From Lama glama (taxonomy: Eukaryota), in assembly GCA_028534125.1 (NCBI GenBank), contig CM052818.1:6202001-6266000 (forward strand): a DNA stretch of 64,000 nucleotides, in the 5' to 3' direction. Under the pieces are notes generated by a model. The model searched no databases, was not told the DNA's origin, and saw only the letters and a list, made by a program, of their open reading frames with translations. This document shows, piece after piece, positions 36,619-48,741 of this stretch; position 1 is the first letter of the stretch; the number at the start of each line of letters is the position of its first letter. The position numbers and the translations under genes are program-made.

Positions 36619-37559
36619 GCAGAAAGCCTACTGCTCGGAGAGTCCAGGCACCCACCAGTCCATCTGCTTCAAAGACCAGGCTACTCAGAAGCCTCATTTC
36701 AAGGGCAGAACATTAGAAAGGAGGAGAGATGTGAATGGCGAAAAGACAGCTGACTGCCGTCTAAGGTGAACATCTCTGTGGACAGGTGTGTTTCTGGTTC
36801 AGTGATCTGAGCTGGAAATCAGGCCATGGGCTGTCCTAGAGAGCTTGTACAGAGCCATCTGCTCCAGTGAACAAAGGGACATCCCGCCCTTGTCTAAGTG
36901 TGCAGAGAGATCCCATCAGCCTCTCTACCACCTGGAACTTCTGCAGTGCCTGGGTAGGGGGCAGGGCACCCCTCCCCTCCTGGACGAGAGTCAGAATGTA
37001 TTTGTGGAACACCTCACGTTCACACAACGCTAGATGCATTTCAAAACACACACAACATCTCCATATTCCTTTATTTTGGTTGGTTGGTTGGTGAGTTGGT
37101 TAAATTTAACCCACCCTCCTTTACACCCCTTGTGACCAGACATCCTGCCCCTCAGTGGGAAGAAACAAGAAGAGATGGTTCTTCAAAGGATGGTATGGTT
37201 TGGGGTATATTATTTCTGAAGTAGAGCAGTGTGGAGTAATAACCTGTAATGTTCTTATATTACTCAGAATAAAAACCCACTTGGCCTCTTTTTTCAGAAG
37301 GTAGAAGATCCCCCCTGAGCCCTGCACCCCAGAGAAGGGATCAGAACTCACACCTTTCCCTGCTCTGCCTCCAAAACACCAGGTGACAATGAAGTGATCA
37401 GGAAGGAAGGAGAACTATCACCTTCTGCTGTTTTATAACACATTTCGAAATACATTTAATTTCATCTAGTTCTGTTTTTCAAAGAATAACTCTCTCACAA
37501 ATACACACACACAGTGTTTAACAACACAAAGAATGTGTCCTTGCCGTTCCCTTCCCCTG

Positions 37560-38200
37560 GTGTGCACTTGCTGGAGGATGGAGTATTGCAGGGCTCACGT
37601 GACTCGCGCCCACCGCGCAGGTGAAGGATGGCCGGGGCTGGGCACTGAGAGACTTGCCCAAAGTCAGAAAGGCACTTTCGGCACTGGGGCTAAACTCCAC
37701 TGAAACTTGTGAATACAGAGGTAAAAGAAGGAAGAAAAGACAAAGGAAGTAAAAAGGAAAGAAAGGAGCGGCTGACCAGAAGGAGAGAATGATCCCAGGG
37801 CCTTCCAGTCTTCGCTGCTCCCTTCCGCCCTTCTCCGGCACCAGTCCCCGCGGAAATGAGAGGGGGCAGGGTGGGGGCGCGCAGGACCCGCAGAACCCCC
37901 TCCTCCTCCTACCCTGTCACCCTCTCTGCCACAAATATCCTCCCCAAGCCTTTCTTTCTCCACTTCTCTCTCCCTCTTCCTCTCACTGTCTCAAAAAAGC
38001 GTCTCCTATCCTCTTGCTTCCCTCCACGTTTACTCTCACCCAGTTCTCCTTCATATTCCAATTCAAAACTAGTTGCTTTTGACCTGGACACAGAATAATC
38101 GTAAGAATTATCCACTCCTCTGCAGACTTTTCCTCCTTTACACCCAACATTCCCCCCCCGCCACCCCCCCCCCCGTCTCCTAGCCCCCGTGACAAGTGCT
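37560..38200. promoter_or_regulatory. Small CpG-enriched promoter/enhancer-like element
   Basis: CpG clusters (tcgcgcccaccgcgc; ccccgcgg; ggcgcgc), E-box TCACGTGAC at 37595-37603, GC box ccgccc ~37825, ETS-like cggaaat ~37851, poly-C tract 38152-38174; not repeat-derived by inspection. Confidence 0.5.
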
Positions 38201-39824
38201 TCCCAAGTCTCCAGGCTGAGAGCCCACCTGCTTCCCTCCCAATATCTCCCTGTGTGCCTCAGCGGGGCCCCACCACCAACCAGAACAGATGTCCCCCCTC
38301 CTACAGGTGTAACAAACGCAAGCTGGGATCAGAGACGCTATTAATAATAATACCATTAAACAGGCCCTGGCAGGCTGGGGTTAATCTGGAAACACGTATG
38401 CTCATCACACATGAAACCCATAATACACGATGAGGGAGAAACTTAATTCTCCAACTCACTAGCTTTCATTTATATTCCAAAGTCTCCACCTCTCCCCCAG
38501 TGGAATCATTCAGCACAGTAGGATTTTCTCTGCTCAAACCCACCTTCACTTTAAAAGAACTGAAAAGGCTGGGCTTAGTTCCTGTCGCTAGCATCAAGGC
38601 TTTTTCTCTTTGACAACGGGCCCAGGGATCTGCAATTTCATCGCTTCATCTTTTTTTTTTTTCCTGTACACACATATGTAAAACCCACAGCAGCTTTACT
38701 GAAAGTGGTATGTAAGCAATATACATAAAGGTTCACACTGACCTAGCATTGGATGATCTTGCAAGCTAGGAGAATGTGGATATTAATTTTGGACCAATAT
38801 GGGTTGAAATGAGCAGGCACCCCCTGAGAAGGAACCCAGAGGCTGTCTTGTCTCACCTCTGGTTTGACTGTTTAATAGAATCTGCCCCATGTAGAAGTCA
38901 GGGTAGTGACAAGAGCTTGGCTCCATAGCTGCCACCCCAGGAAGCTGCTGCCCTTAGCATTCCTTCCAGCTGGGAGCAAGCAGGAAAGGTCTGTGCGTGT
39001 GATGTCAACGGGAGGCACTGGCACATGCCCGTCTCCCAAGCAGCCTAGAGCTGAACCCACGGAGCCTGCTGACGCCTGCAGTTACCAAGTCCCACCTGGA
39101 ATCTCCCTGAACCCAGGCAGGAACCATCTGGGTCAGCCAAAGGATCCATCTGTTTTCTTCAAAAAGCCATCACCTCTTAAAAAAAAAAATCTGCCTGGGA
39201 GCTCCTGGCACCACCCCTCGATAACCCAGAAACACTCCCCTCCTTATTCCATTGCTTTTCAATCCTGATTTTGCAGAACTGCAGGTGGCTCCCCTCATCT
39301 CAAAGTATACTGAGAAATACTTAGATACAATACTCAAGACAAAACTCATTCCATTCCCTTTCATTTGAAAATGTCTAGCACCACATTTCAGATGAAAAGG
39401 AGAGTAAATTAATCAAAGGACTACTAATACTCTTTTATGTCACAAAATAGTGATTTCCTTAAATGTACTACATGCAGGACAAAATTATTCAGGTCACCTG
39501 ATTCACTGGGGACCTTTTAACTTCAGAAAAGTGCTGGACCCAGGGGGTTTTAAGCAGCACCTCTGATTTGTGCACAGAGATGAACTCTGGTTCAAACCAC
39601 ATTTTCCCACCCAGCCCAGTCCAGCCATTCCATCACAGGTAGGACTTAGACTGGTGAGGAGCTGCACCATTGCCTTCTGTGTCCGTTCACCAAACTGGCT
39701 TCCTATGAAATGTAGTCAGAAATAGATCTACTCCCAGTTGTGGCCACTGCCTATATGAAACAGTGGCCGCTTCACAGATGAAATATAATTTTGGCTACTG
39801 TGTTCACAGGCACACCAATCTTTA

Positions 39825-40260
39825 TATTCATTCATGCGTGCATGAAACAAGTAAGAAAGGAGCCTCTATTCTCTACCAGGTCCAATGCTAGGTGACTGAG
39901 ATACAGAAGTGAACAAGAGTGACCTATCACTCCTCCTATAAAGCTGATATTAATTAGTAATACATGACTAAAATCATTGCAAATTAGAATAAGTGACATG
40001 AAAAGAGAAACAAGGATCCAAAATAAAGACTAACTAGTAGGACCAACTTTGAACTACCTCTGAGGAGGTAGCATATAAGCATAGAAGGAACACAACAATG
40101 CTACAATCCAGGCATTTCCTTCCAGTTACATTCAAGGAGAGGAAGAGCAAGTGCAAAAGCCCTGAGGTTGGGAAGAACTTGGTGAGCTCAGAGATTAAAA
40201 GCTGGATTTGCCTGGTGCGTAGTAACCAAGCAGAGAACAGTGCAGAATGAGATGATGGCC
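39825..40260 (-). mobile_element. L2 3' end
   Basis: 'ttcattcatgc...gatacagaagtgaacaaga...gcaagtgcaaaagccctgagg'. Confidence 0.75.
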
Positions 40261-40728
40261 ACCACCCTGTTATGGGTATACCCAACTCCCTGCCTGCTCC
40301 CCCTTTTGAAGGAAGTATGTTGGAATGCAGTCAGGAAGAGTAAGGTGGCCTTGAATCTGTTCTAATTTGTAAAAAGAAGTAACCACAAACGTTGAGACTC
40401 TAAAAAACATGGGTAATATATTGTTGGTGGTATACATCAGTCCTGAGCATACCACACCATCATTTTGGAATACCACGTTGGAAAGTCTGGGGTCCCACAA
40501 TCCTGGCTCCTAATCCTGATCCACACTTCTTAACCCCTGTGAGATTCAGTCTCCAGCTGACACTTGGTGAGTGTCACTAATAGGACTGACTAAAGAAGAC
40601 ACATCTTCACTAATGCTACACTTCATAGTCCTTTGGATATTTACTTAAAGCTCATTAACTGATTGAAACTTGGTCAAATAAATAACTTCAGTTTAATCCA
40701 GTCTTAGAGCCCACAAAAATGAATGCTC

Positions 40729-41427
40729 TATAGTACTGGCATCCAACAGAAATGTAATGCAAAACACAAATGTGAGCAATATGTAAATTTTAAATTTTCT
40801 AGAAAAAAAATTATTTTAATTTCAAAATCAATTTTATTGTAGCCAAAACAGTGGAATTAACTGTACATAATAAACTATTCTATATATATACACACACATA
40901 CACTTCTTATAGGGAATTAAGGTTTCTTTGACAGAGAATCTTAAACAAAATTAAAGTTATATACATTAGTGACATAACTCAACATCTTTAATTTGGTATA
41001 AATGTGACACATTTGCTTGCTTTCCTGTGCTCTGCTGAATCACCATAACCTAAACTGCTTTATAAAATCAATATGCTGAAATTTAATTTTACTGTTTTCA
41101 CTTACACTCTGATTCCAAACAAAACTTTTCGTAAGCTTCTTTTATGTGGGCCCATCTCATCATCAATATCATCCAAGTATGGATCACCAGCCCCATTGGA
41201 AAAAGTTTTTTAAATATAGAAGGTAGATTAATTTATGTCATTATAATTGTAATATGTTATCAATATTTTTAAAATTATTAATGAGACATTTTACATCCCT
41301 TTTTTTGTACTGTTGAAAACTGGGTATGTATTCCACACTTAAAGCACATCTCAATTCAAACTAGCCACATGTCAAGTGCTTAACAGCCCCATGTGGCTAC
41401 TGGCAACTATACTGGATAGCATGCAGT
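40729..41427. mobile_element. Charlie5/MER33-family DNA transposon, internally deleted, longer form
   Basis: MER33-like ends ('tccaacagaaatgtaatgc' and 'gcacatctcaattcaaactagccacatgtcaagtgc...ccatgtggctactggcaactatactggatagc') around an AT-rich interior. Confidence 0.75.
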
Positions 41428-41644
41428 TCTATAGAGATTATCAGATTTTTAGATACTTGTGCTCTATGAGCTGTCTCAAATATAACTGCAAAACTCATGA
41501 AGGTTAAGAAAAAGTAAACAAGACAGCAAAGATAGAGCCAATCTCATACTTCGAAGTCCATTCTGGTTTCTGAGCGTTGATGAAACTTTCAACTTTCCTG
41601 ACTCCCTGAACTATTATTTGTGGAACAATCACTTAATGATCTAT

Positions 41645-41745
41645 GTATTCATTCATTCAACAAACATTAATTGAGCACCTTCTATTGTCCAGGTACCAGG
41701 GGCTAGGGATGCAGACATGAACAAGCATAATCCTTGAACACAAGA
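41645..41745 (-). mobile_element. L2 3' tail
   Basis: 'tattcattcattcaacaaacattaattgagcacct'. Confidence 0.8.
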
Positions 41746-41939
41746 TGCTCGATATTCGGGTAGGAATCTTCCAACCCAATGCGTGGTCAGCACTCCTCAG
41801 GATTTCTCCCTCCCAAGCTAGAATTTGGGAGAAATGGGTTCTAGTTTTGACTCCTCTACAAAAAAGTTGTGAATCCCAGAGAAAGCATTTCCCTATCAAG
41901 CTTTTGCTTTTGATCTGAATAACTGATAAGTGTCCTTTC

Positions 41940-42520
41940 AGTCGGAGATTGCAGCTTCAGCGCGAACCGCATTACCCTGTGTCTTGTCCTAATGATGTGT
42001 GGGAACGTGGGAACGTGGGAACGCAAGCTGAGAAAAGCCTCCTCCCCTGACCTGCACCCCCAGGGGAAGCAGCAGCTTTGTTTGCTTCTGAATCCTCTCC
42101 CTCCTAGGCCTTTTGTAGTTGCAGGAGTGGGCTAGCTTTGTTTTACTTTGCTTTGTTTTAATTACATTCAAAATTAGCAAAACAATCCCCATGATTCCCC
42201 TAGAAGAATAATTGGCCCATTTGGTACATCTGACTGTGTGGCGAGACCCCCTTGTCATTACACCAGAGCCCCACACGTAGTCTGCTCCCAGGTAGACGAT
42301 GGCTGAGAAACCCAGAGAGCCCATCGAGCCCATCATTAACCTCATTTTGAGACAGCCCCAGAGGCAGTCCTTTCGCCACCGGCACAGCCGGCTGTCAATT
42401 GTGTCAAGCCAGTAACATATTAGTTAGCAGGGGAGCAATCCAAAGAGGTAGCCATAGATCCAAATGCCTAAAAGATATTCTGGAATGTGGTAATTATGTC
42501 CTGCAGCTGCCAAGGGTGTC
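41940..42520. promoter_or_regulatory. Candidate enhancer with tandem RBPJ sites and TALE (TGTCA) sites
   Basis: (C/T)GTGGGAA x3 at 41998-42021; 'ctgtcaattgtgtcaa' at 42392-42407; CpG retention; no repeat recognised. Confidence 0.4.
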
Positions 42521-43204
42521 CTCTGTGAGTTCACAGATAGTCATTGTACCAGGGAGAGAAGAGGACGGGTAACAGCAGCCAAGATGTTAACAACAAACAA
42601 CAGGTCTTGGTTCGAACTTACCCAACAGTCCTCAACGCTTTGGTTCCGACTCATCTTCAGGTTTACAGGACTGTTCCCAGGAGACTCTGGTCCCCTTAAT
42701 ACAAGTGCTGCATATTATGTCCCTGAACACAAGAGATAAGGGGTGGGGGGAAAAAGGGGCAGAGTTATAATTAAATAATAGGAGGATTAAAAGGAGAATA
42801 TTCTCGCTGTTACTATGGATTCTGCAGCTCTATTCTTACAAGTGAAATTTCCTAATTTCCATGTTTCTAAAAAATGGGCAATTTTCATACTTTTTACAGT
42901 TCATTTGTTCATATTACTAAGTAGTATTCCATTGTATGAATATACTGCAGTTTTTTAATGCATTCACTTGTTGATGAACATTTGAGCTGTTCATAGGTTT
43001 GTGCTGTTACCAACAAAGCTACTGCTAACATCTGCATACTAGAGAGAACGTGGCAGATGCCTGTTAATATTTGGGTGAATTTGGGTGATGTGTATGTGAG
43101 TTTGTGGTACTGTTCTTACAACTTTTTTCTATGTTTGAAATTGTTTCAAAATAAAAACACACAAAATGAAGTACAATTTTTACTGAACCTGATTTTAAAA
43201 CACT

Positions 43205-44313
43205 TCAAATTTTTAAAATAATTATCATACAGTAAAATTTACTTTTAGTGTACAGTTCTGTGAATTTTAAGACATGTGCATATATGTTAACCCCTACCAC
43301 AATTGAACATTTCCATTGCTCCATTAAAACAAACAAACAAACAAAAACCTCTGCTATGCTTTTATACTCACACTGTCTCCCTAATCCTAACCCCTGGCAG
43401 CCACTGATCTCCACACCGTGGTTTCTCTTTTCAAGAATGTAATATAAATGGAATCACACAGCCTGTAACCTGTGAGACTGGCTTCAGCATGACGTCTTTG
43501 AGATGCTGCATGTGTCAACAGCTCACTCCTTTGGGTTGCTGAGCCGCATCCACCTGTTGGACCCTTGGGTTATTTCGAGTTTGGGGCCATTATGGCCAGA
43601 GTTTAGATGAACATTTGCATACAGATTGCTGTGTGAGCACAAGTCTCATTTCTCTAGGACAAATACACAGGAGCAAGATTACTGGTCTTCAACAAGTGTA
43701 TCTTTTACATTATAAGAAGGCCAGTTTTCTGGTGAGGCCAGTTTTGAAATCTGCCAGCAATGAATGAGAGTTCCCAGCTGCCTCTCTTTTTTTTTTTTTT
43801 TTGCTGAATAAATACTTATTAAGTGAATGTTGACACACTAACATTGGCAGACACTGCTATGGCTGTTCCTGTGTTCCAGGAAGTATTCTCAGCAGTTGGC
43901 ATATACGAATTCATTATTCTCCATGACCACCCTAGAAGGTAGGTATTGTTATCAACACTTTACAAACAAAACAAGTGAGAAAGGTTAGGTAACTTGCCTA
44001 AGGTCAAAGACAAGATTTGAACCCAGGCAGGCTGGCTCCAGAGTCCTTAACCTTAACCATTATTTATTAAGTTCCTACTATGTGCCAGGCCCTATGGCAG
44101 TGAATAAGAGCTACAGGGCCCTAGGTTCCAATAATCCTGCTCAGATACAGAAAGATAGCTCTGTTTCCAGGTGCAGATGTTCAGGCACAGAGACGCTCAG
44201 ATGTTGAGCAAGCCCACACAGCCAGCTGGCAACAGGGCCATTTTTTAGTTGCCTGTCATCTTAATCAGCACTTGGTGTTACCAGGTTTTGATGTGTACTG
44301 GTATTGGATTGCG
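43205..44313 (-). mobile_element. Old L1M (L1MB/MC/MD-like) 3' end, interrupted at ~43787-44246
   Basis: 'agtgtacagttctgtgaatttt...cctaacccctggcagccactgatct...atataaatggaatcac...atgagagttcccagctgc' resumes as 'catcttaatcagcacttggtgtta'. Confidence 0.8.
43787..44246 (-). pseudogene. Orphan retrotransposed transcript fragment (MIR/L2-containing, poly(A)-tailed, TSD-flanked)
   Basis: T16 at 43787-43802; 12/16 TSD agctgcctctcttttt / agttgcctgtcatctt; TCTT|AA endonuclease-like site at 44259-44264. Confidence 0.55.
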
Positions 44314-46448
44314 GTTTTTTTTTATTGAGGTATTGTTGATTTACAATAATATATTAGTTTCAGGTGTACAATATAGTAATTTAAAATTTTTATAGCTAAT
44401 ACTCCATTTATAATTATAAAATACTGGCTATATTCCCTGTGCTGTACAATATATCCTTGTAGCTTATTTATTTTATACATAGTCGTTTGTACCTTTTAAT
44501 CACCTACCCCTATCTTGCCCCAAGCCCCTTCCCCCTCCCCACTGGCAACCACTAGTTTGTTCTATCTGTAAGTCTTTCTTTTTTATTACATTCACTAGTA
44601 TGTTTTATTTGTTTAGATTCCACATATAAATGATATCATACAGTATTTGTCTTTCTCTGCCTCACATATTTCACTTAGCATAATACCCTCCAAAGCCACC
44701 CATGTTATTGCAATTGGCAAAATTTCATTCTTTTTTATAGCTGAGTAGTGTTCCAGTATATATATCTTTTTTATCCATTCAGCCACTGATGGACACTTGG
44801 GTTGCTTCCGTATCTTGACTATTCCATAATGCAGTTATGAAGGGGTGCATGTATCTTTTCAAATTAGTGTTTTCATTTCCTTTGGATATATATCCAGGAG
44901 TGGAATTGCTGGATTATATGGTAGTTCTACTTTTAGTTTTTTGAAGAACCTCCATACTGTTTTCCACAGTGGCTGTACCAATTTACATTCCCACCAACAG
45001 TGTACAACGGTTCCCTTTCCTCCATATCCTCACCAACATTTGTTATTTGTGGTTTCTTTGATGACAGCCATTCTGACAGGTGTGAGGTGACATCTCATTA
45101 TGGTTTTGATTTGCATTTCCCTGATGATTAGCAATGGCTGAGCAACTCTTCATGTGCCTATTGGTCATCTGTATGTATTCTTTAGAAAAATGTCCATTCA
45201 GATCTTCCACTCATTTTTTAATCAGGTTGTTTGGACGTTTTTTACTATGTGCTGTTTACATAGTTTGGATATTAACCCCTTCTTGGTCATATCATTTACA
45301 AATATTTTCTCTCTATCAGTAGGTATTTTTTGTCTTGTCGATGGTGCCCTTTGCTGTACAAAAGCTTTTCAGTGTAAATAGGTTCCATTTGTTTATTTTT
45401 GTTTTTATTTCCTTTGCCTCAGGAGACAGATTTTTAAAATATTGCTATGATCTATGTCAAAGAGTGTTCTGCCTATGTTTTCTCCTACGAGTTTTATGGT
45501 TTCCAGTCTTACAGTTAGGACTTTAATCCATTTTTACTTTCTTTTTGTATATGATGTCAGAGAATGTTCTAATTTCACTCTTTTATATGTAGAGTACAGT
45601 TTTTCCAGCACGACTTACTGAAGAGACTATCTTTTCCCTATTGTGTATTCTTGCCTCCTTTGTTGTCAATTAACTGACCATAAGTGTGTGGGTTTTTATC
45701 TGGGCTCTCTATCCTGTTCCATTGATTTATGTGTCTGTATTGTGCCAGTATCATACTGCTGTGATTACTGTAGCTTTGTAGTATAATCTGAAGTCAGGGA
45801 GTGTGATACCTCCAGCTCTGTTCTTCTTCCTCAAGATTGTTTTGGCTATTCAGGGTCTTCTATAGTTCCATACAAATATTTAAAGTATTTGTTCTGGTTC
45901 TATAAAAAATGCCATTGGTATTTTGATAAGGGTTGCACTATATGTGTAGATTGCCTTGGGTAGTATAGTCATTTTAACCATATTAATTCTTCCAGTCTAT
46001 GAATACAGTGTATCTTTCCATCCATTTGTATTGTCTTCGATTACCTTCATCAGTGTCCTATCGTTTTCTGAGTATAGGTTTTTTACCTCGGTAAGTAGAC
46101 ATTTTATTCTTTTTGATGTGACTGTAAATGAGACTGTTTCTTTAATTTCTCTTTCTGATAGTTCATTGTTAGTGTATAGAAATGCTACAGATTTCTGTAT
46201 ATTAATTTTGTATCCTGCAACTTTACTGAATTTACTGATGAGCTCTAGCAGTCTTTGGTGGCATCTTTAGGATTTTGTATGTATAGTATAATGTCATCTT
46301 CAAACAGTGACAGCTTTAGTCTTCCTTTCCAGTTTGGATTCCTTTTATTTCTTTTTCTCGTCTGCACTGTGGCTAGGACTTCCAATAATATGTTGAATGA
46401 AAGTGGTGAGAGTGGGCATCCTTGTCTTGTTCCTGATCTTAGAGGAAA
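44314..46448 (-). mobile_element. 5'-truncated LINE-1 (cetartiodactyl-type 3'UTR plus decayed ORF2 3' part)
   Basis: Poly-T then L1 3'UTR; translation [25 protein letters not shown]...[11 protein letters not shown] matches L1 RT motifs (QGCPLSP; FADD changed to FEDD); frameshifts and stops present. Confidence 0.95.
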
Positions 46449-46548
46449 CACACCTGCAAAGTCCGTCTTGCCATGTAAGGTAACATATTCACAGATTCCA
46501 AGGATTAGAAATGTGAACATCACTGGGGCCATTATTCAGCCTACCATA
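46449..46548 (-). mobile_element. MLT1D-like LTR, 5' ~100 bp only
   Basis: Reverse complement 'tatggtaggctgaataatggcccc...tgtgaatatgttaccttacatggcaagacggactttgcaggtgtg'. Confidence 0.85.
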
Positions 46549-46832
46549 CCATGTCTTACAGAAAATTCCCTTTGAAACCACAGAAGAGCTCTTTTGGTAA
46601 GACTTCTCTGTGGGGTCTGAGTATATAGCAGTATGAGCTGAGAAGCTTATTTCACCCCAACTTCCAATTATTAATGAACAACAGTGATCCTTCAACCAAA
46701 TTCATAGTCAAAATATGTCTTTGGACCAACCATCCCATACAGTCCACTAAGATAAACAATTAAAAAGCCAAAATATTTTTCTACCTGCAGGGCATTAGCT
46801 GGATTTGCCCTTTTTCTGGTCCTCTGGTCTTG

Positions 46833-46835
<3 letters not shown>

Positions 46836-46869
<34 letters not shown>
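46836..46869. repeat. (CA)17 microsatellite
   Basis: Perfect dinucleotide run. Confidence 0.97.
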
Positions 46870-46870
<1 letters not shown>

Positions 46871-48741
46871 TAGTTATATATTCATAAACATAATAATTAG
46901 TTATAAGTGTTCCTTTAATGTACAAAATTTGAAAAAGAAATTGTAACTGAGCCACAGCTCAATGCCTTGTCTTTTGGGGCTGCAGTAACTACATGACAAT
47001 TTGCCATGACCCAAGGCAAGTTGGATACAGCTCTTACTGTGCCCCTTTCTTGTTTAACTTTTTATTAAGATTCCTACTTTTATTATATGTAATGGAGGTT
47101 GCTTTCATTGCTGCCAATCTGCAAGCTGCCACAGACAGTCTGGGAGACATTAGCCTGTCACCAATGAACCAGCTGGGTCACAGAATTCTGCAATAGGTCT
47201 CACTTCTTAGCTTTAAAAACAAACAAAAAAAATTAACCACAGAAAGAACAGCATTACCTGACTTTCAACACCACCCCCAGGACAACGGCAGTGATAAATT
47301 GACATCATCCAGTGCCTGCAGAGATGCAATACCATGACCAAAGGACATGTCCACTTGGCAGACCCAGAGCAATTTTCCAAAGGAACAGCCACCACCGAAC
47401 TTGAAACTGGGCTGAAGTGCCCTCTAAGAAGATGCTTGCCGAACAAGACTACTATGACATGGAAAGATATGGCCAATTTTCCACTGTGGGAAACAATGCT
47501 ACTTTTGCTTAATATGTGTGTAAATAATCAGAAAGAAAAACACCAAAATATCAATGATGAGTAGCTCAGGGATGCTGTATTACAGTCCCATTTTAATTAT
47601 CTATGTTTGCTTGTTAGTGTTTTCCAAATTTTCTGCAATGAAAACATTAAAGCTTTACTTTTATAAAATTTTTAAAAATTTTAATAATGATAATAATCAA
47701 TGGTATTAATGCTGGCAACAAGCTAACCTTGAGCCACGTATGAGGCTTGAATAAATCAGAGGCAAGACGGTGTTTGAATTTGTGTAAGCTTAGGTAAAAA
47801 TTTGTTCATTTTTTGAGCCACATATTAGGCATGTACTAAATGGTAGATACTGCCTCTAGTGATGAGAATACAGTGTTAAACAAGGTAAGCTAGGTCCCTC
47901 GTGGGGACAGAGGGAAGACAATGAAATACACTATCTAAAAGTCAAGTCGTTCTAAGCGCAATGATAAAGACAGAACAGGTGCTGAGAGCGAGGGAGGAGG
48001 GGCCTCTTTACGTTGGATGGCTGAAGGAGGCCTCTCTGAAGAGGGAACATTTGAGCCGAGACCTGATTGGGAAAAAGCAGCTGGCCATAAGGAAAGCAGG
48101 GAAGAGCATTTCAGGCAGAGGGAACAGCCAGAGGAAAAGCCCTGCAGTGGAAACAAGCCAGAGGTGTTCATGGACAGGAAAAGGGCAATGCGGCCAGAGC
48201 TTCCTGAGCCAGTCAGAGAGGGAAGTAGCGGCCAGGACACAGAGGGCCCTGCAGACCTGCATTAGGATGGGAACCTTATTCCATGTGTAAAGGGAAACCG
48301 CTGTGGGGCTTTGACAAGGAGAGTGTGATCTGATTTACATTTTCCAAAGCTCAGTCTAGCTGCTATGACAGGATTGGGTTGGAGGGTGAAATAACATAGC
48401 AGAGTCCAGATAGGAGGCTACTGCAATAATGCCATTGAGAGCTGGCAGACGTTGGAACCAAGGTCTTATAGCAGAAGTGGAGAGAAGTAGATAGACTACC
48501 GTGAAATGGAGCTTAGACGGCTTACTGATGGATTAGATGAGAGAGAAAAAAATGATTCAGAGATAACACCTATTTATTCAAAAAGTATCTATGAGCTCTT
48601 AGTATATGTTAGGCACTCATCTAGTGCTGAGCAGTGATGGACGGTGGCCCCATTTACTGGGATGGGTGAGACTGGGGCTGGAGCAGGTTTGGGATAAAGG
48701 GAACCAAAAGTTCTGCTTGGGGCAGGTTAAGGTTAAGACGC

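Noticed and set aside
46245..46532. Active reverse transcriptase gene or novel RT fusion
   Set aside because: 5'-truncated, frameshifted L1 ORF2 with FADD changed to FEDD; the N-terminal part is chance read-through from the MLT1D fragment
47331..47360. p53 response element
   Set aside because: Only one perfect half-site (ggacatgtcc); neighbouring half-sites are mismatched
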